Assembly: GCA_010092885.1 (NCBI GenBank)
Contig: JAADYX010000017.1
Span: 9,764-73,763 of the forward strand
Length of the DNA stretch: 64,000 nucleotides
Reading direction: 5' to 3'
Source of the DNA: Chloroflexota bacterium
GTDB lineage: Bacteria > Chloroflexota > Anaerolineae > Aggregatilineales > UBA3940
The position numbers and the translations under genes were made by a program. The notes beneath the pieces were generated by a model. The model was not told where the DNA came from and did not search any database. It worked only from the letters and a program-made list of their open reading frames with translations. Of this stretch, positions 17,944 through 26,944 are shown piece after piece. How positions within the stretch are numbered: position 1 is the stretch's first letter; every line of letters starts with the position of its first letter.

Positions 17944-19151
17944 GCAGCAGCGCGATAGAAGTCAACAACGTGTGGAAGCGCTACGGTCTGCCCATCCCTG
18001 AGGGACTGCGCAAACCATTGAACCGTTTGTCTGGCAAGATCGCCATGCCGGATCAATGGGCTCTACAGGATGTCTCCTTCAAGGTGGAACGCGGCGACGC
18101 ACTCGGCATCATAGGGCGTAATGGGGCCGGTAAAAGCACCATGCTGAAGGTACTCGCCGGCGTGACCCCGGCCACCCGCGGCACGGTTCGGATGCATGGC
18201 ACAATCTTCCCTATGATCGAGCTGAATGCCGGCATCAACCCGGAGCTCACCGGGCGTGAGAACATCTACCTGCTAGGCACCATCATGGGTTTTACGACGC
18301 AGGAGATCAGCGACCGGTATGATGTCATCGCCGACTTCACCGAGCTGGAAGAATGGCTTGAAAAGCCGGTCTGGCAGTATTCAAGCGGCATGAAAGCACG
18401 TCTCGGCTTTGGTGTCGCGATGAACATTGACGCCCAAATCCTGCTGATTGATGAAGTGTTGGCTGTAGGCGACCTACCGTTTAAGAAGAAATGCTACAAC
18501 CGGTTGGAAGCACTGACCAACGAAGGAGCAGCTGTTGTCTTTGTATCGCACAACATCCGGCAGGTGGAACGTTTATGCGACCACGTGATCTACCTGAAAA
18601 AGGGGGAGATCATTCTGGCTGGCGATTCACAGACTGTCTGCCAGGAATACAACATCCGGGCTGTGCGCGAGTATCAAGAAACGATCTCAGAAGAACTGAG
18701 TGATGGGGCGGTCATCCGGTCCAGTGGTGAGATGGAACTGGTTCGTGTCGAAACGCTTGATCTGACAGGTCGGGTTACGGAAACATTCAACCCTGGCGAT
18801 CCATTCAAGATCCGCATCTGCTACGACGCGCACGAGCGCATAGAAAACCCCATTATTGGGGCGAACATCATGACCAGCGAGATGATCAAGCTGACGAACT
18901 TTCAGATCGTCCCCTCTATGGTTGAACAGCCATTTTATGCTCTAGAGGGCGAAGGGGTCATCGAGTTCACAATTCCACACATGCCGTTCAACCCGGATTG
19001 CTACACTGTTGGGGTCACTATCCGCAGTGAGAACGGACGGCGCATTATCAGTGGGCAGAGCCTGGCCACCTTCTGTGTTGAATATGATCCGGATTACGCT
19101 ACGCGGTTAGGTCTTGTGCATCTTGACTTCTCATGGGATCTGAACCCTTGA
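17940..19151 (+). CDS. wzt: ABC export ATPase (Wzt/TagH-like) with C-terminal glycan-recognition (Wzt_C-like) domain
   Basis: Walker A GRNGAGKST, signature YSSGMKARLGF, Walker B ILLIDEVLAVGD. An extra ~150-aa beta-rich C-terminus at 18702-19148. ATGA overlap with wzm. Confidence 0.85.
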   Translation: MSSSAIEVNNVWKRYGLPIPEGLRKPLNRLSGKIAMPDQWALQDVSFKVERGDALGIIGRNGAGKSTMLKVLAGVTPATRGTVRMHGTIFPMIELNAGINPELTGRENIYLLGTIMGFTTQEISDRYDVIADFTELEEWLEKPVWQYSSGMKARLGFGVAMNIDAQILLIDEVLAVGDLPFKKKCYNRLEALTNEGAAVVFVSHNIRQVERLCDHVIYLKKGEIILAGDSQTVCQEYNIRAVREYQETISEELSDGAVIRSSGEMELVRVETLDLTGRVTETFNPGDPFKIRICYDAHERIENPIIGANIMTSEMIKLTNFQIVPSMVEQPFYALEGEGVIEFTIPHMPFNPDCYTVGVTIRSENGRRIISGQSLATFCVEYDPDYATRLGLVHLDFSWDLNP

Positions 19152-20089
19152 GCGACAGGTATCTGTTTGTATTGCATCATCCGCGTTCAGGCTCCACGCT
19201 GCTGCAGGTGATGCTGACCAGCCATCCGTCAATCAGCGTGGCACCGGAGTCACGTGCTTTCGTAAAGCTGATACGACACCTTCCTGTCACCCGGCCACTC
19301 GAGGCCAGTGAGGTTGCAAGAGCACAGCGCTTTATAACCGAAGACACCAAGCTAAATGCCTGGAATATTGATCTTGGGGACTATTTTTCGCGTGTGGCAG
19401 AGTACCAGCCCGGGATCACGGTACGGGAGATGCTGCATGATATGTTGGCTGTTTATCGTCGTGCTGTTTCGCCGGGGGCCACTATTATCGGCATCAAGCG
19501 CGAGCCACTCATCGAACTAACCGATGAGTTGAGCACATTGTTTCCAGGCTGCCAGTTCATCTACACGTACCGAGATCCACGTGCCGCCTCAGCTTCTGCT
19601 CTAAAGCACCTCGAGAAGGTGCATAGTCTGGAAGAAGCCAGCCTAAAGTGGTGGTGGTGGATGCGAAGGGGATCGAAACATCGAAGAACCTATCAGGGCA
19701 GATGGTTCGACGTGTGCTACGAAGAACTGGTCACTACACCAGAAAAGGTAGCCCGCGCGATATGCGCCTACCTTGGAGTTGATTATTCTGACACTATGCT
19801 GAGACACCATGAATTCAACGCGAATTTTGAACTGGTTGCCTCCGGATATGAAGATATGCACACTCATACGATGCAGCCGATCAGCGCGACACATATAGAC
19901 AAATGGCGGCAAGAACTCTCGCACGAGGACATTGCCACCGTGGAGGCAATAGCAGGACCTCAAATGCGCCAGCGCGGCTATATGCCCGAGGGCTCCATTT
20001 CGTTTGCCAAACACCTCAAGGCCGCTTGGATGCGCTACAAGTATCGCAGGTCCTGGCAGACTCGGAATTTTAGGACTGCCAATGCGTGA
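19133..20089 (+). CDS. PAPS-type sulfotransferase (class 1/3-like)
   Basis: 5'-PSB-like loop FVLHHPRSGSTLLQVML and 3'-PB-like YTYRDPRAASAS. Overlaps the wzt stop. Confidence 0.7.
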   Translation: MGSEPLSDRYLFVLHHPRSGSTLLQVMLTSHPSISVAPESRAFVKLIRHLPVTRPLEASEVARAQRFITEDTKLNAWNIDLGDYFSRVAEYQPGITVREMLHDMLAVYRRAVSPGATIIGIKREPLIELTDELSTLFPGCQFIYTYRDPRAASASALKHLEKVHSLEEASLKWWWWMRRGSKHRRTYQGRWFDVCYEELVTTPEKVARAICAYLGVDYSDTMLRHHEFNANFELVASGYEDMHTHTMQPISATHIDKWRQELSHEDIATVEAIAGPQMRQRGYMPEGSISFAKHLKAAWMRYKYRRSWQTRNFRTANA

Positions 20090-20978
20090 CGACACCCTCA
20101 TCGTCCTCAGACAAAGCGGTGAACGCACACGCTTTGCCTCACGCGAGTCGGCTTTGATGCAGGTTCCTGAAGCGCAGGTCGTTACCGTCAGTGAAGCGCC
20201 CTTTACCCGGACATTGCGCCGGGCATATGAAGTCGGTCTGGAGCGTGGTTTCCGCTGGACTCTCTGCCTCGACGCTGATGTCATCCTGAGGCCGGGCGGT
20301 TTGGATACGCTTGTTCAGGCTGCTGAACAGTACGATGATACGCTGTTCGTCCTGCAGGGTTTGTGTTGGGATAAGTTCTTCGGGGGGCCTAAATCCACCC
20401 CGCCGTATCTTTATCGCACCAAACATCTGGAAGTCGCTATACCGCTGATCCCGGGTGACGATGAGGTTAAACGCCCTGAGTCCAATACCAACGGACAGAT
20501 GGCCGCCAAAGGATACCTGCGCGAACAGATTGATGCTGTGATCGGCCTGCATGGCCACGAACAGTTTTATAGGGACGTATTCCGGGTCTGTTTTTCACAC
20601 GCGATCAAGCATTCGCGGTACATGGCCGCCCTCCAACCGATGTGGAAACGCAATGCTCGGGAAGATCCCGATTTTCTGATCGCGCTGTGGGGGGCGCAGA
20701 CCGGCGACCTGTTCAAGACCGGCGTGGCTCTGGATAGACGCACGTTCGCCCAACTACATGAGGTGCTGCCCATGTTCGGTATGGCAGAGAAAGAAGACGG
20801 GCCGTTTCCTTTTGATGTTGAAGCCGTGGGTGAGATGCTCGACAAGCACACACCACCCCCCGAATACTACGAATTTCTGCAGATCCTCGACAATGTTGGG
20901 CAGCCGCCTGGTGTGTTGCACCATGTCGGCTCTTTTGTTCAAAAGCTCGGTAACCGCATTCAAGGTCTGGCGAAGTAG
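20082..20978 (+). CDS. Putative GT-A fold (nucleotide-diphospho-sugar) transferase, family unclear
   Basis: Start at MRDDTLIVL (ATG 20082). DxD-like CLDADVIL. No stronger motif recognised. Confidence 0.4.
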   Translation: MRDDTLIVLRQSGERTRFASRESALMQVPEAQVVTVSEAPFTRTLRRAYEVGLERGFRWTLCLDADVILRPGGLDTLVQAAEQYDDTLFVLQGLCWDKFFGGPKSTPPYLYRTKHLEVAIPLIPGDDEVKRPESNTNGQMAAKGYLREQIDAVIGLHGHEQFYRDVFRVCFSHAIKHSRYMAALQPMWKRNAREDPDFLIALWGAQTGDLFKTGVALDRRTFAQLHEVLPMFGMAEKEDGPFPFDVEAVGEMLDKHTPPPEYYEFLQILDNVGQPPGVLHHVGSFVQKLGNRIQGLAK

Positions 20979-21844
20979 TGTTTTCTCCGATTGTCTTTTG
21001 CGTGGGGCTGCAGCGTTCCGGCACAACAGCGCTGTCGCGGTTTTTGGAAGAACATCCCCAAATCCAACAACCACCCAATCGGGGTGACAAGCGCGAGTGC
21101 AACCAGCCGTGCTGGGGTCCCCTCAATGCTGTCGTTCAGCGCAAAGGTGTACACATCGTTGAACCGGACGATCTTTCTTTGGTTCAGATGGTATCGCTTA
21201 AGCTGCGCATCTATCGCGAGCTGCGTCCGGGCCGCACCTTTTTCATCAAGACACCCAAAAACTGCGTCCGCATTCGGATGTTGAAACACATCTTTCCCAG
21301 CTCACGTATTGTCTTCATCAAACGCGACCCCCGATCCATCCTCCGTTCATGGTGGGCCAGCAAGGGCTATCATCACCTCACCTCAGGCTATTACCAGCAT
21401 CCGTATTATCGCAAGCAGTCCGACGGTCTGTACTACTGGCAACCACCCCCACTCCAAGATGCTGACGTGAGCGGCTGGTCCTACCCTCGGATCCAGAAAA
21501 GACTGCGCTCGATCACAGGTGACACGCGGTGGTGGGACACAGCCGAAGCCTTTGAGTATCGGATGTACCAGTTGGATGGGGCATTGGCCTATCATCTGGA
21601 TCATCGAGCAGAGATTCCAGTGGACGACTACCTGGAGCTTAGCTACGATGACCTCTGTGAACGCCCAGAAGGTGAATTGGAGAAACTCTATGAGTTTATG
21701 GGAGTCACCAAGCTGAACATTGAACACGCTGAGACATTCTTCTCCTCACAGGATTACAAATTCACCTTGATAGATGAGCGCTACCAACAACAGGCGGAAG
21801 ACTTCCTCAAGCCTGTCGGGGAGAGGATGGGCTATTCATGGTGA
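20978..21844 (+). CDS. PAPS-type sulfotransferase (class 1/3-like), second copy
   Basis: VFCVGLQRSGTTALSRFLEEHP (5'-PSB-like) and IVFIKRDPRSILRSWW (3'-PB-like). GTG start overlaps the upstream TAG by 1 nt. Confidence 0.7.
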   Translation: MFSPIVFCVGLQRSGTTALSRFLEEHPQIQQPPNRGDKRECNQPCWGPLNAVVQRKGVHIVEPDDLSLVQMVSLKLRIYRELRPGRTFFIKTPKNCVRIRMLKHIFPSSRIVFIKRDPRSILRSWWASKGYHHLTSGYYQHPYYRKQSDGLYYWQPPPLQDADVSGWSYPRIQKRLRSITGDTRWWDTAEAFEYRMYQLDGALAYHLDHRAEIPVDDYLELSYDDLCERPEGELEKLYEFMGVTKLNIEHAETFFSSQDYKFTLIDERYQQQAEDFLKPVGERMGYSW

Positions 21845-22866
21845 CCTGGTTGACAGCGCTAAAACAAAGCATCCCGGCATGGCTGCAAACATTGTATGAT
21901 CGGCCCGGCTTTATCAGGTTCAGTCGGGAAGGAAACATCATTGAGCCGACAGAACGCACAGGCCTGGGAGCAAGCGCACTCGCCCTCAAAGTAGCCTACC
22001 AGATCGATTGGTGGCCCCAGCTGGACCAAGCCACGCGCACCGGCTGGTGTGGTCACCTGCGCGGCTTTCAACGCAGGAGAACAGGGTTTTTCGAAGGTCA
22101 GGCTGTGCTGCGAACGGCGGACCGCAATGCCGGACTGTTCAAAAAGAACATCGGCGTGCGCCTGGCAGAGACCCGACAGGCGGTTAGCGCCCTGCTGGGC
22201 GTTGGAGAGCGACCGGAGCATCCCGTCAGCAAGGTACCGGCTCCGGGTGCGGCGCTGCAACGCACGCTTGAGTCGTATAACTGGCACAAGCTGCCTTGGC
22301 ACGCAGGGAGCCAAACCAGCCACCATGTGTACTTCCACCGGCTAAATGGCAATGAAGAAGCCGTCCAACAAATCCTCAGCTTTCTGGATGATCTGCAGGA
22401 TCCAAATACCGGATCGTGGCATCGCGGTGATCCTTCACCTACTCAGAAAGTCAATGCAGCCATGAAGATCCTGACCGCTTATGCGTTGTTGGAACACCCC
22501 TTCCGCTATCCGGAGAAGCTGATCGACCTGGCACTCAGCCACACCGATCACAGCCGGCATGCCTGCAACAGCATAGACACTCTGTACGTCATGCATCAAG
22601 CTTCGGCCTATACCGATCATCGCAGCGATGCGATCGCCCTCCACGCTGAACAGTTCCTTGAGAGCGTGAAGGCCCATCGCAAGCCCGACGGAGCATTTTC
22701 ATACTACCCGGACCGGGCGAACGACCGCTATTATGGTGCCGATGTCTCTCAAGGATTGGTCGAGAGTGATATTCATGGCACCCATCTGCTGGTTTGGGCC
22801 GTTACCCTCAGCGCGCGTGTACTTGGCTTTGCCGACGAACTCGGCTGGCGCATACCTGTGACCTGA
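21838..22866 (+). CDS. Hypothetical protein, possibly alpha/alpha-toroid (prenyltransferase/terpene-cyclase-repeat-like) fold
   Basis: No catalytic motif recognised. Repeated DPNTGSW / KPDGAFSYY-type turns resemble toroid-repeat proteins. Translationally coupled on both sides. Confidence 0.35.
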   Translation: MVTWLTALKQSIPAWLQTLYDRPGFIRFSREGNIIEPTERTGLGASALALKVAYQIDWWPQLDQATRTGWCGHLRGFQRRRTGFFEGQAVLRTADRNAGLFKKNIGVRLAETRQAVSALLGVGERPEHPVSKVPAPGAALQRTLESYNWHKLPWHAGSQTSHHVYFHRLNGNEEAVQQILSFLDDLQDPNTGSWHRGDPSPTQKVNAAMKILTAYALLEHPFRYPEKLIDLALSHTDHSRHACNSIDTLYVMHQASAYTDHRSDAIALHAEQFLESVKAHRKPDGAFSYYPDRANDRYYGADVSQGLVESDIHGTHLLVWAVTLSARVLGFADELGWRIPVT

Positions 22867-22869
22867 CCC

Positions 22870-23883
22870 ATGCGCATTGGGTGGTTCACGAACAACCGTT
22901 CTCGGGACTATAATCGCGTATCCGCTTCCATCTGGATTCGCTGCTACCAGCTGCTCGACTATCTGGAACAGTTGGGGATCCACAGTGTGCTGGATGATCC
23001 CGAAGCCGAAATCGATATTGCGGTATTCGTGCGCTGGCAGGATGATGATGCATTGAGCCTCGCCCGGCGGCTGCGCGGTCGGGGGGTCAAGATCGTCTAT
23101 GATTTGGTTGTGAACTACTTCGACGAGACAGACCATGCGGACTTCACCGAACGCGAGACAAACCCGGTCGAGCGGTACCACGTGGAGGAGGCTCTGCACA
23201 TGGCGGCAGCTGCCGACGCGATAACATGTGCCTCGCCGTTTATAGCCGCCCGTGCATCGCAGGTGCACCCGCATGCCGTCGCCATCAGCGACTCGATAGA
23301 CACACGTCACTTCAACCGCCGCAAAATGCCCTGGAGCTTTTTCAGGCCGCGGCTGCGCGCCATTTGGAGCGGGTCGGAAGCCAAAGTCTACGAGATGGCT
23401 CCTATCCTCGATGTGCTGCGCCGTCATCAATTGGGCCTCACGCTGGTCACACAAACTGACAGGCATGGTACGCCGCCCCCCCTCAAGGATGCACGCGGAC
23501 AAGCCTATCCGTATCGTTTCCGACCCTGGCGCTATGAAACCTTTCCCCGTACAATCCTGCGCGGGGAGGTCTGTGTGGTCCACCGCGAGTTGGATAATCC
23601 CTACAACAAAGGGCACAGTCTGTTTAAGATAGGCGTCTTTATGGCACAGGGCATTCCCGTGATCGCGTCGCCTGTACCCTCCTACCGGCAGGTGCTTGGG
23701 GATCCGGGGGCGGGCATGCTCTGCGAAACACTCGATGATTGGGACGACGCGCTGAGCCTGATCACTGGTAACCGCCGGATTTTGCAGCAGTGGTCTGCTG
23801 AAGCACGGCGACGCATAGAGCCGTTTACAACGGCGCGGATTGTCGAGCAGTATACGGCGCTTTTCAACACGTTGAAGGGGTAA
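22870..23883 (+). CDS. GT-B fold glycosyltransferase (GT4/GT1-like)
   Basis: C-terminal half KGHSLFKIGVFMAQGIPVIASPVPSYRQVLG resembles the GT-B donor-binding motif. Confidence 0.6.
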   Translation: MRIGWFTNNRSRDYNRVSASIWIRCYQLLDYLEQLGIHSVLDDPEAEIDIAVFVRWQDDDALSLARRLRGRGVKIVYDLVVNYFDETDHADFTERETNPVERYHVEEALHMAAAADAITCASPFIAARASQVHPHAVAISDSIDTRHFNRRKMPWSFFRPRLRAIWSGSEAKVYEMAPILDVLRRHQLGLTLVTQTDRHGTPPPLKDARGQAYPYRFRPWRYETFPRTILRGEVCVVHRELDNPYNKGHSLFKIGVFMAQGIPVIASPVPSYRQVLGDPGAGMLCETLDDWDDALSLITGNRRILQQWSAEARRRIEPFTTARIVEQYTALFNTLKG

Positions 23884-23887
23884 TGGA

Positions 23888-24988
23888 ATGCGGATCACGC
23901 TGTTTTTCACACGGGGCATGTCGTTCAAGGCCTGGGTGCAAACCGGCATGGTCACGCGTGAAGTTGCGCTCTACCGTCGCCTGCTTGAACATGGTATTGA
24001 TGTGGATTTTGTGACCTATGGCAACCGGGAAGATGTGCAGCTTGCCGCTGAGTACGCACCCGGTGTCCGTGTCTTATGTAATCGCTGGCGGCTGCCGGAC
24101 AGACTGTATCAACGCTATATCCACTATCTTCACGCACCTGCCTTCTGGCAGACGGATCTCATCAAAACCAACCAGATAATTGGAGGGCGTGAGGCACTGC
24201 AAACCGCACACCGCTGGCGAAAACCGGTCATCGCGCGTTGTGGCTACATGCATTCCGACTTCGTAGCACGCAAACGAGGGGCGCAATCCGAGCGTGTGGC
24301 CCGCGCGAAACGGATCGAGGAGCACGTCTTCAGCACGGCAGATGCTGCTGTGGTGACAACACCGGCCATGGCCGCCGACATTCGGGCCCGCATCCCAAAT
24401 ACGCCGGTTTATGTGATACCAAATTATGTCGAAACAGAGCGGTTCAAACCGCTGTCGGGCATCGAGCAAACGCATGATATCGTTTTTGTGGGGCGTCTGG
24501 ACCCGCAGAAGAATGTCGTTGCGCTGCTGGAGGCGATAGAACAAACAGGAGTGACAGCACGCATTATAGGGGATGGCTCCCTGGCTGCTGACCTGAAGGC
24601 GCGGTTCGGCGACGTCAACGGTCGTGTTGTGTGGTGCGGGCAGGTCCCTAATGAACAACTCCCGCGTATGATGCAGGAAGCACGGCTGGTATTGCTCCCC
24701 TCTCGCTATGAGGGGCACCCCAAAGTGCTGATCGAAGGCATGGCTGCGGGTATGCCAGTCATCGGCGGAGACTCGCGTGGTATCCGCGAGATTATCACCC
24801 ACGGGGAGAACGGCTGGCTGACCGCTGTTGACTCCGCGAGCATAGCCGGAGCCATCACAACACTTCTCGCCGATGCTGCCCTCAGACAACGGCTCGGCGA
24901 AAATGCGCGCAGCTTTGTGCTCCAACATTATGCACTGGATCGCATTGTTCAACAGGAGATCGACGTATATAGGGCCGTGCTGTCATGA
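23888..24988 (+). CDS. GT-B fold glycosyltransferase (GT4)
   Basis: PSRYEGHPKVLIEGMAAGMPVIGGDSRGIREIITHGENGWL (E-x7-E region). Confidence 0.85.
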   Translation: MRITLFFTRGMSFKAWVQTGMVTREVALYRRLLEHGIDVDFVTYGNREDVQLAAEYAPGVRVLCNRWRLPDRLYQRYIHYLHAPAFWQTDLIKTNQIIGGREALQTAHRWRKPVIARCGYMHSDFVARKRGAQSERVARAKRIEEHVFSTADAAVVTTPAMAADIRARIPNTPVYVIPNYVETERFKPLSGIEQTHDIVFVGRLDPQKNVVALLEAIEQTGVTARIIGDGSLAADLKARFGDVNGRVVWCGQVPNEQLPRMMQEARLVLLPSRYEGHPKVLIEGMAAGMPVIGGDSRGIREIITHGENGWLTAVDSASIAGAITTLLADAALRQRLGENARSFVLQHYALDRIVQQEIDVYRAVLS

Positions 24989-26004
24989 CTACCCGTGTCA
25001 GTGTCCTGATGAGCGTTCACAATAATGGGCCTTATCTGCGCAAAGCAGTGGAGAGCATTCTCAACCAGACACTGCGCGACTTCGAGTTCATCATCATCGA
25101 TGATGGCTCGACAGACGAAACCCCCCACATCCTGGATTCCTATGATGACCCTCGTATAATCCGCCTGCACAACGAGACTCCGCAGCGGCTGGCAGCGGCA
25201 CTCAATCAGGGGTTGAAGGTAGCCCGTAGTCCCTACATCGCGCGGATGGATGGCGATGATATCGCCCTGCCGGAACGGCTGGAAAAACAGGCTGCCTTCC
25301 TCGATGCTCACCCCGACCATGGCGTTGTAGGCACACAGGCCCGCATCATTGACCTTCAGGACCGTGACCAGGGTCCATTTCTGGATTACCCTAGGCCGTC
25401 CAGTCTGGTAGCCTGGCATATCCTCACCGGGAACCCACTGATCCACCCGAGCACCTTTATGCGTACTGATGTGCTCCGGTCGGTGGGCGGATACGATCCA
25501 GCTTACCCGGTGGCACAAGATCAGGCCTTGTGGACGCGCCTGTTATTTGTCACCCGTCTGGCCAATTTGCCGGATACGCTGCTTTTGTACCGGCGCCACC
25601 CGGACGCGGCTTCACAGGTCCACAATCACCATCAGCGGGATATCCTTTACACGGTGCGCACGCGCGCAGCCAGCCGGCTTCTGGGGCGCGACGTCGATCC
25701 CCAAGCGCTTCGGCGCATTCGGGTGTCCTCCGCACGGGGTGTCGAACGGTTTACACGCGCAGACGCAGAGGCCAGCATCGATCTCCTCCTGCATCTGTTT
25801 GAGGCCATGGATCCATTCTTCCTTTCAGATGAGAAAAGTATCGTTCGGCAGGAGATGATCAGCCAGATCGCCCGTCTCAGCTGGCGTGTACCGCCCGGCT
25901 TGCTCAACCCTGAGCAGGCACGCCGCACTTACTGGCAGCAGATCGCTCCGGCTTGGCTGCGGCAGATCAGGCACTGGAAGGATCGCCGCCATGCCACGCG
26001 TTAG
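24985..26004 (+). CDS. GT-A fold glycosyltransferase (GT2)
   Basis: VSVLMSVHNNGPYLRKAVESILNQTLRDFEFIIIDDGSTDET and MDGDDIALPERL (DxD). Confidence 0.85.
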   Translation: MTTRVSVLMSVHNNGPYLRKAVESILNQTLRDFEFIIIDDGSTDETPHILDSYDDPRIIRLHNETPQRLAAALNQGLKVARSPYIARMDGDDIALPERLEKQAAFLDAHPDHGVVGTQARIIDLQDRDQGPFLDYPRPSSLVAWHILTGNPLIHPSTFMRTDVLRSVGGYDPAYPVAQDQALWTRLLFVTRLANLPDTLLLYRRHPDAASQVHNHHQRDILYTVRTRAASRLLGRDVDPQALRRIRVSSARGVERFTRADAEASIDLLLHLFEAMDPFFLSDEKSIVRQEMISQIARLSWRVPPGLLNPEQARRTYWQQIAPAWLRQIRHWKDRRHATR

Positions 26005-26941
26005 CTTGCTGATGGCCACGGTCGACAACGGGGCCCTGATGGCGCGCTCTGTGGACAGCCTGTTGGCCCAAACCTACTCTGATTTTGAACTCATCTTTAT
26101 CGGGAGCAATCCGCCTGCCGGGTCATCTATCCGGTTGAACACGGTAGAGACAGGCACATTCCGCGAGGGGCTTGCTGCTGCTACCGGTGAGGTGGTTGGA
26201 TGGGTGCGAGCCGGTGATGCCTTCTCTCCCAACCGCCTGAGCCTACAGCTCGCGGCCATGGACGCCAACCCCCAGATTGGGGTCGTAGGAACGTTCACAA
26301 ACCTGTTGGATGCCTCTGGCCGGACCGCTGACATACTGAGGACTGAGACCCATCACAATCTGATCGCATGGTCCCTCCCTTTTGTCGCGGAGCCGTTAGT
26401 TTCCGTCACAACAGCGCTCATGCAGCGCGCACTCGTAGAACAGCTCAACGGCACCGAGTTAGATGACGCCCAACTAGGCTGGCATCTGCTGCCACAGACA
26501 CAGTTTATGGTTCTACCAGAAGCGCTCTGTTCAAGTCGGGGTGGTCACCTGGGAGCCGATGCAAATGCCCGGCTGGCTGTGCTCGAAGCCCTTCTGGATC
26601 AGCCTCTTGATCAAGAAGGGCGGTGGTTGGTCCAAACTGGTGAAGTCTCGCCCGGGTTGAAGGTACAGCAGGCAGAATTGGTCACTGGCCTCATTCTTGC
26701 TACATTTGAAGCTATGGATGCGCAAGGATTTTTCATCGACGAGAACCGGGGCATGCTGCGGGCCGCACTGATCGAACGGTTGGTGCAGGCCGCCCAGAAC
26801 ACAACTGTCTATGATCAGCTCATTGCGGATGGCGATAACAGGCTGCTGGCTCTGCGCTTCTGGCAGCGACGGCTGCCCGATCCGTGGTGGCGACTGCCTT
26901 TTTGGTTGCTCCATCCTATGTATGCCATGCGGAGACACTAA
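25991..26941 (+). CDS. GT2-like paralogue with degenerate acidic motifs
   Basis: Aligns by eye with the preceding GT2, but DFEFIIIDDGSTDET becomes DFELIFIGSNPPAGS and MDGDDIALPERL becomes RAGDAFSPNRL. Start at MPRVSLLMATV (ATG 25991). Confidence 0.55.
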   Translation: MPRVSLLMATVDNGALMARSVDSLLAQTYSDFELIFIGSNPPAGSSIRLNTVETGTFREGLAAATGEVVGWVRAGDAFSPNRLSLQLAAMDANPQIGVVGTFTNLLDASGRTADILRTETHHNLIAWSLPFVAEPLVSVTTALMQRALVEQLNGTELDDAQLGWHLLPQTQFMVLPEALCSSRGGHLGADANARLAVLEALLDQPLDQEGRWLVQTGEVSPGLKVQQAELVTGLILATFEAMDAQGFFIDENRGMLRAALIERLVQAAQNTTVYDQLIADGDNRLLALRFWQRRLPDPWWRLPFWLLHPMYAMRRH

Positions 26942-26944
26942 GCT

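Noticed and set aside
22699-23955. 418-aa minus-strand ORF covering a whole glycosyltransferase gene
   Set aside because: It lies antisense to a plus-strand ORF that has clear GT-B motifs and tight coupling to its neighbours. The translation is Arg/Pro/Gly-rich with no recognisable motif. This is a typical shadow ORF of high-GC DNA.
24074-24952. 292-aa minus-strand ORF opposite a GT4 gene, plus similar ones at 28011-28700 and 19643-20284
   Set aside because: Same reasoning. The plus-strand genes carry family motifs and operon coupling, and the antisense products have none.
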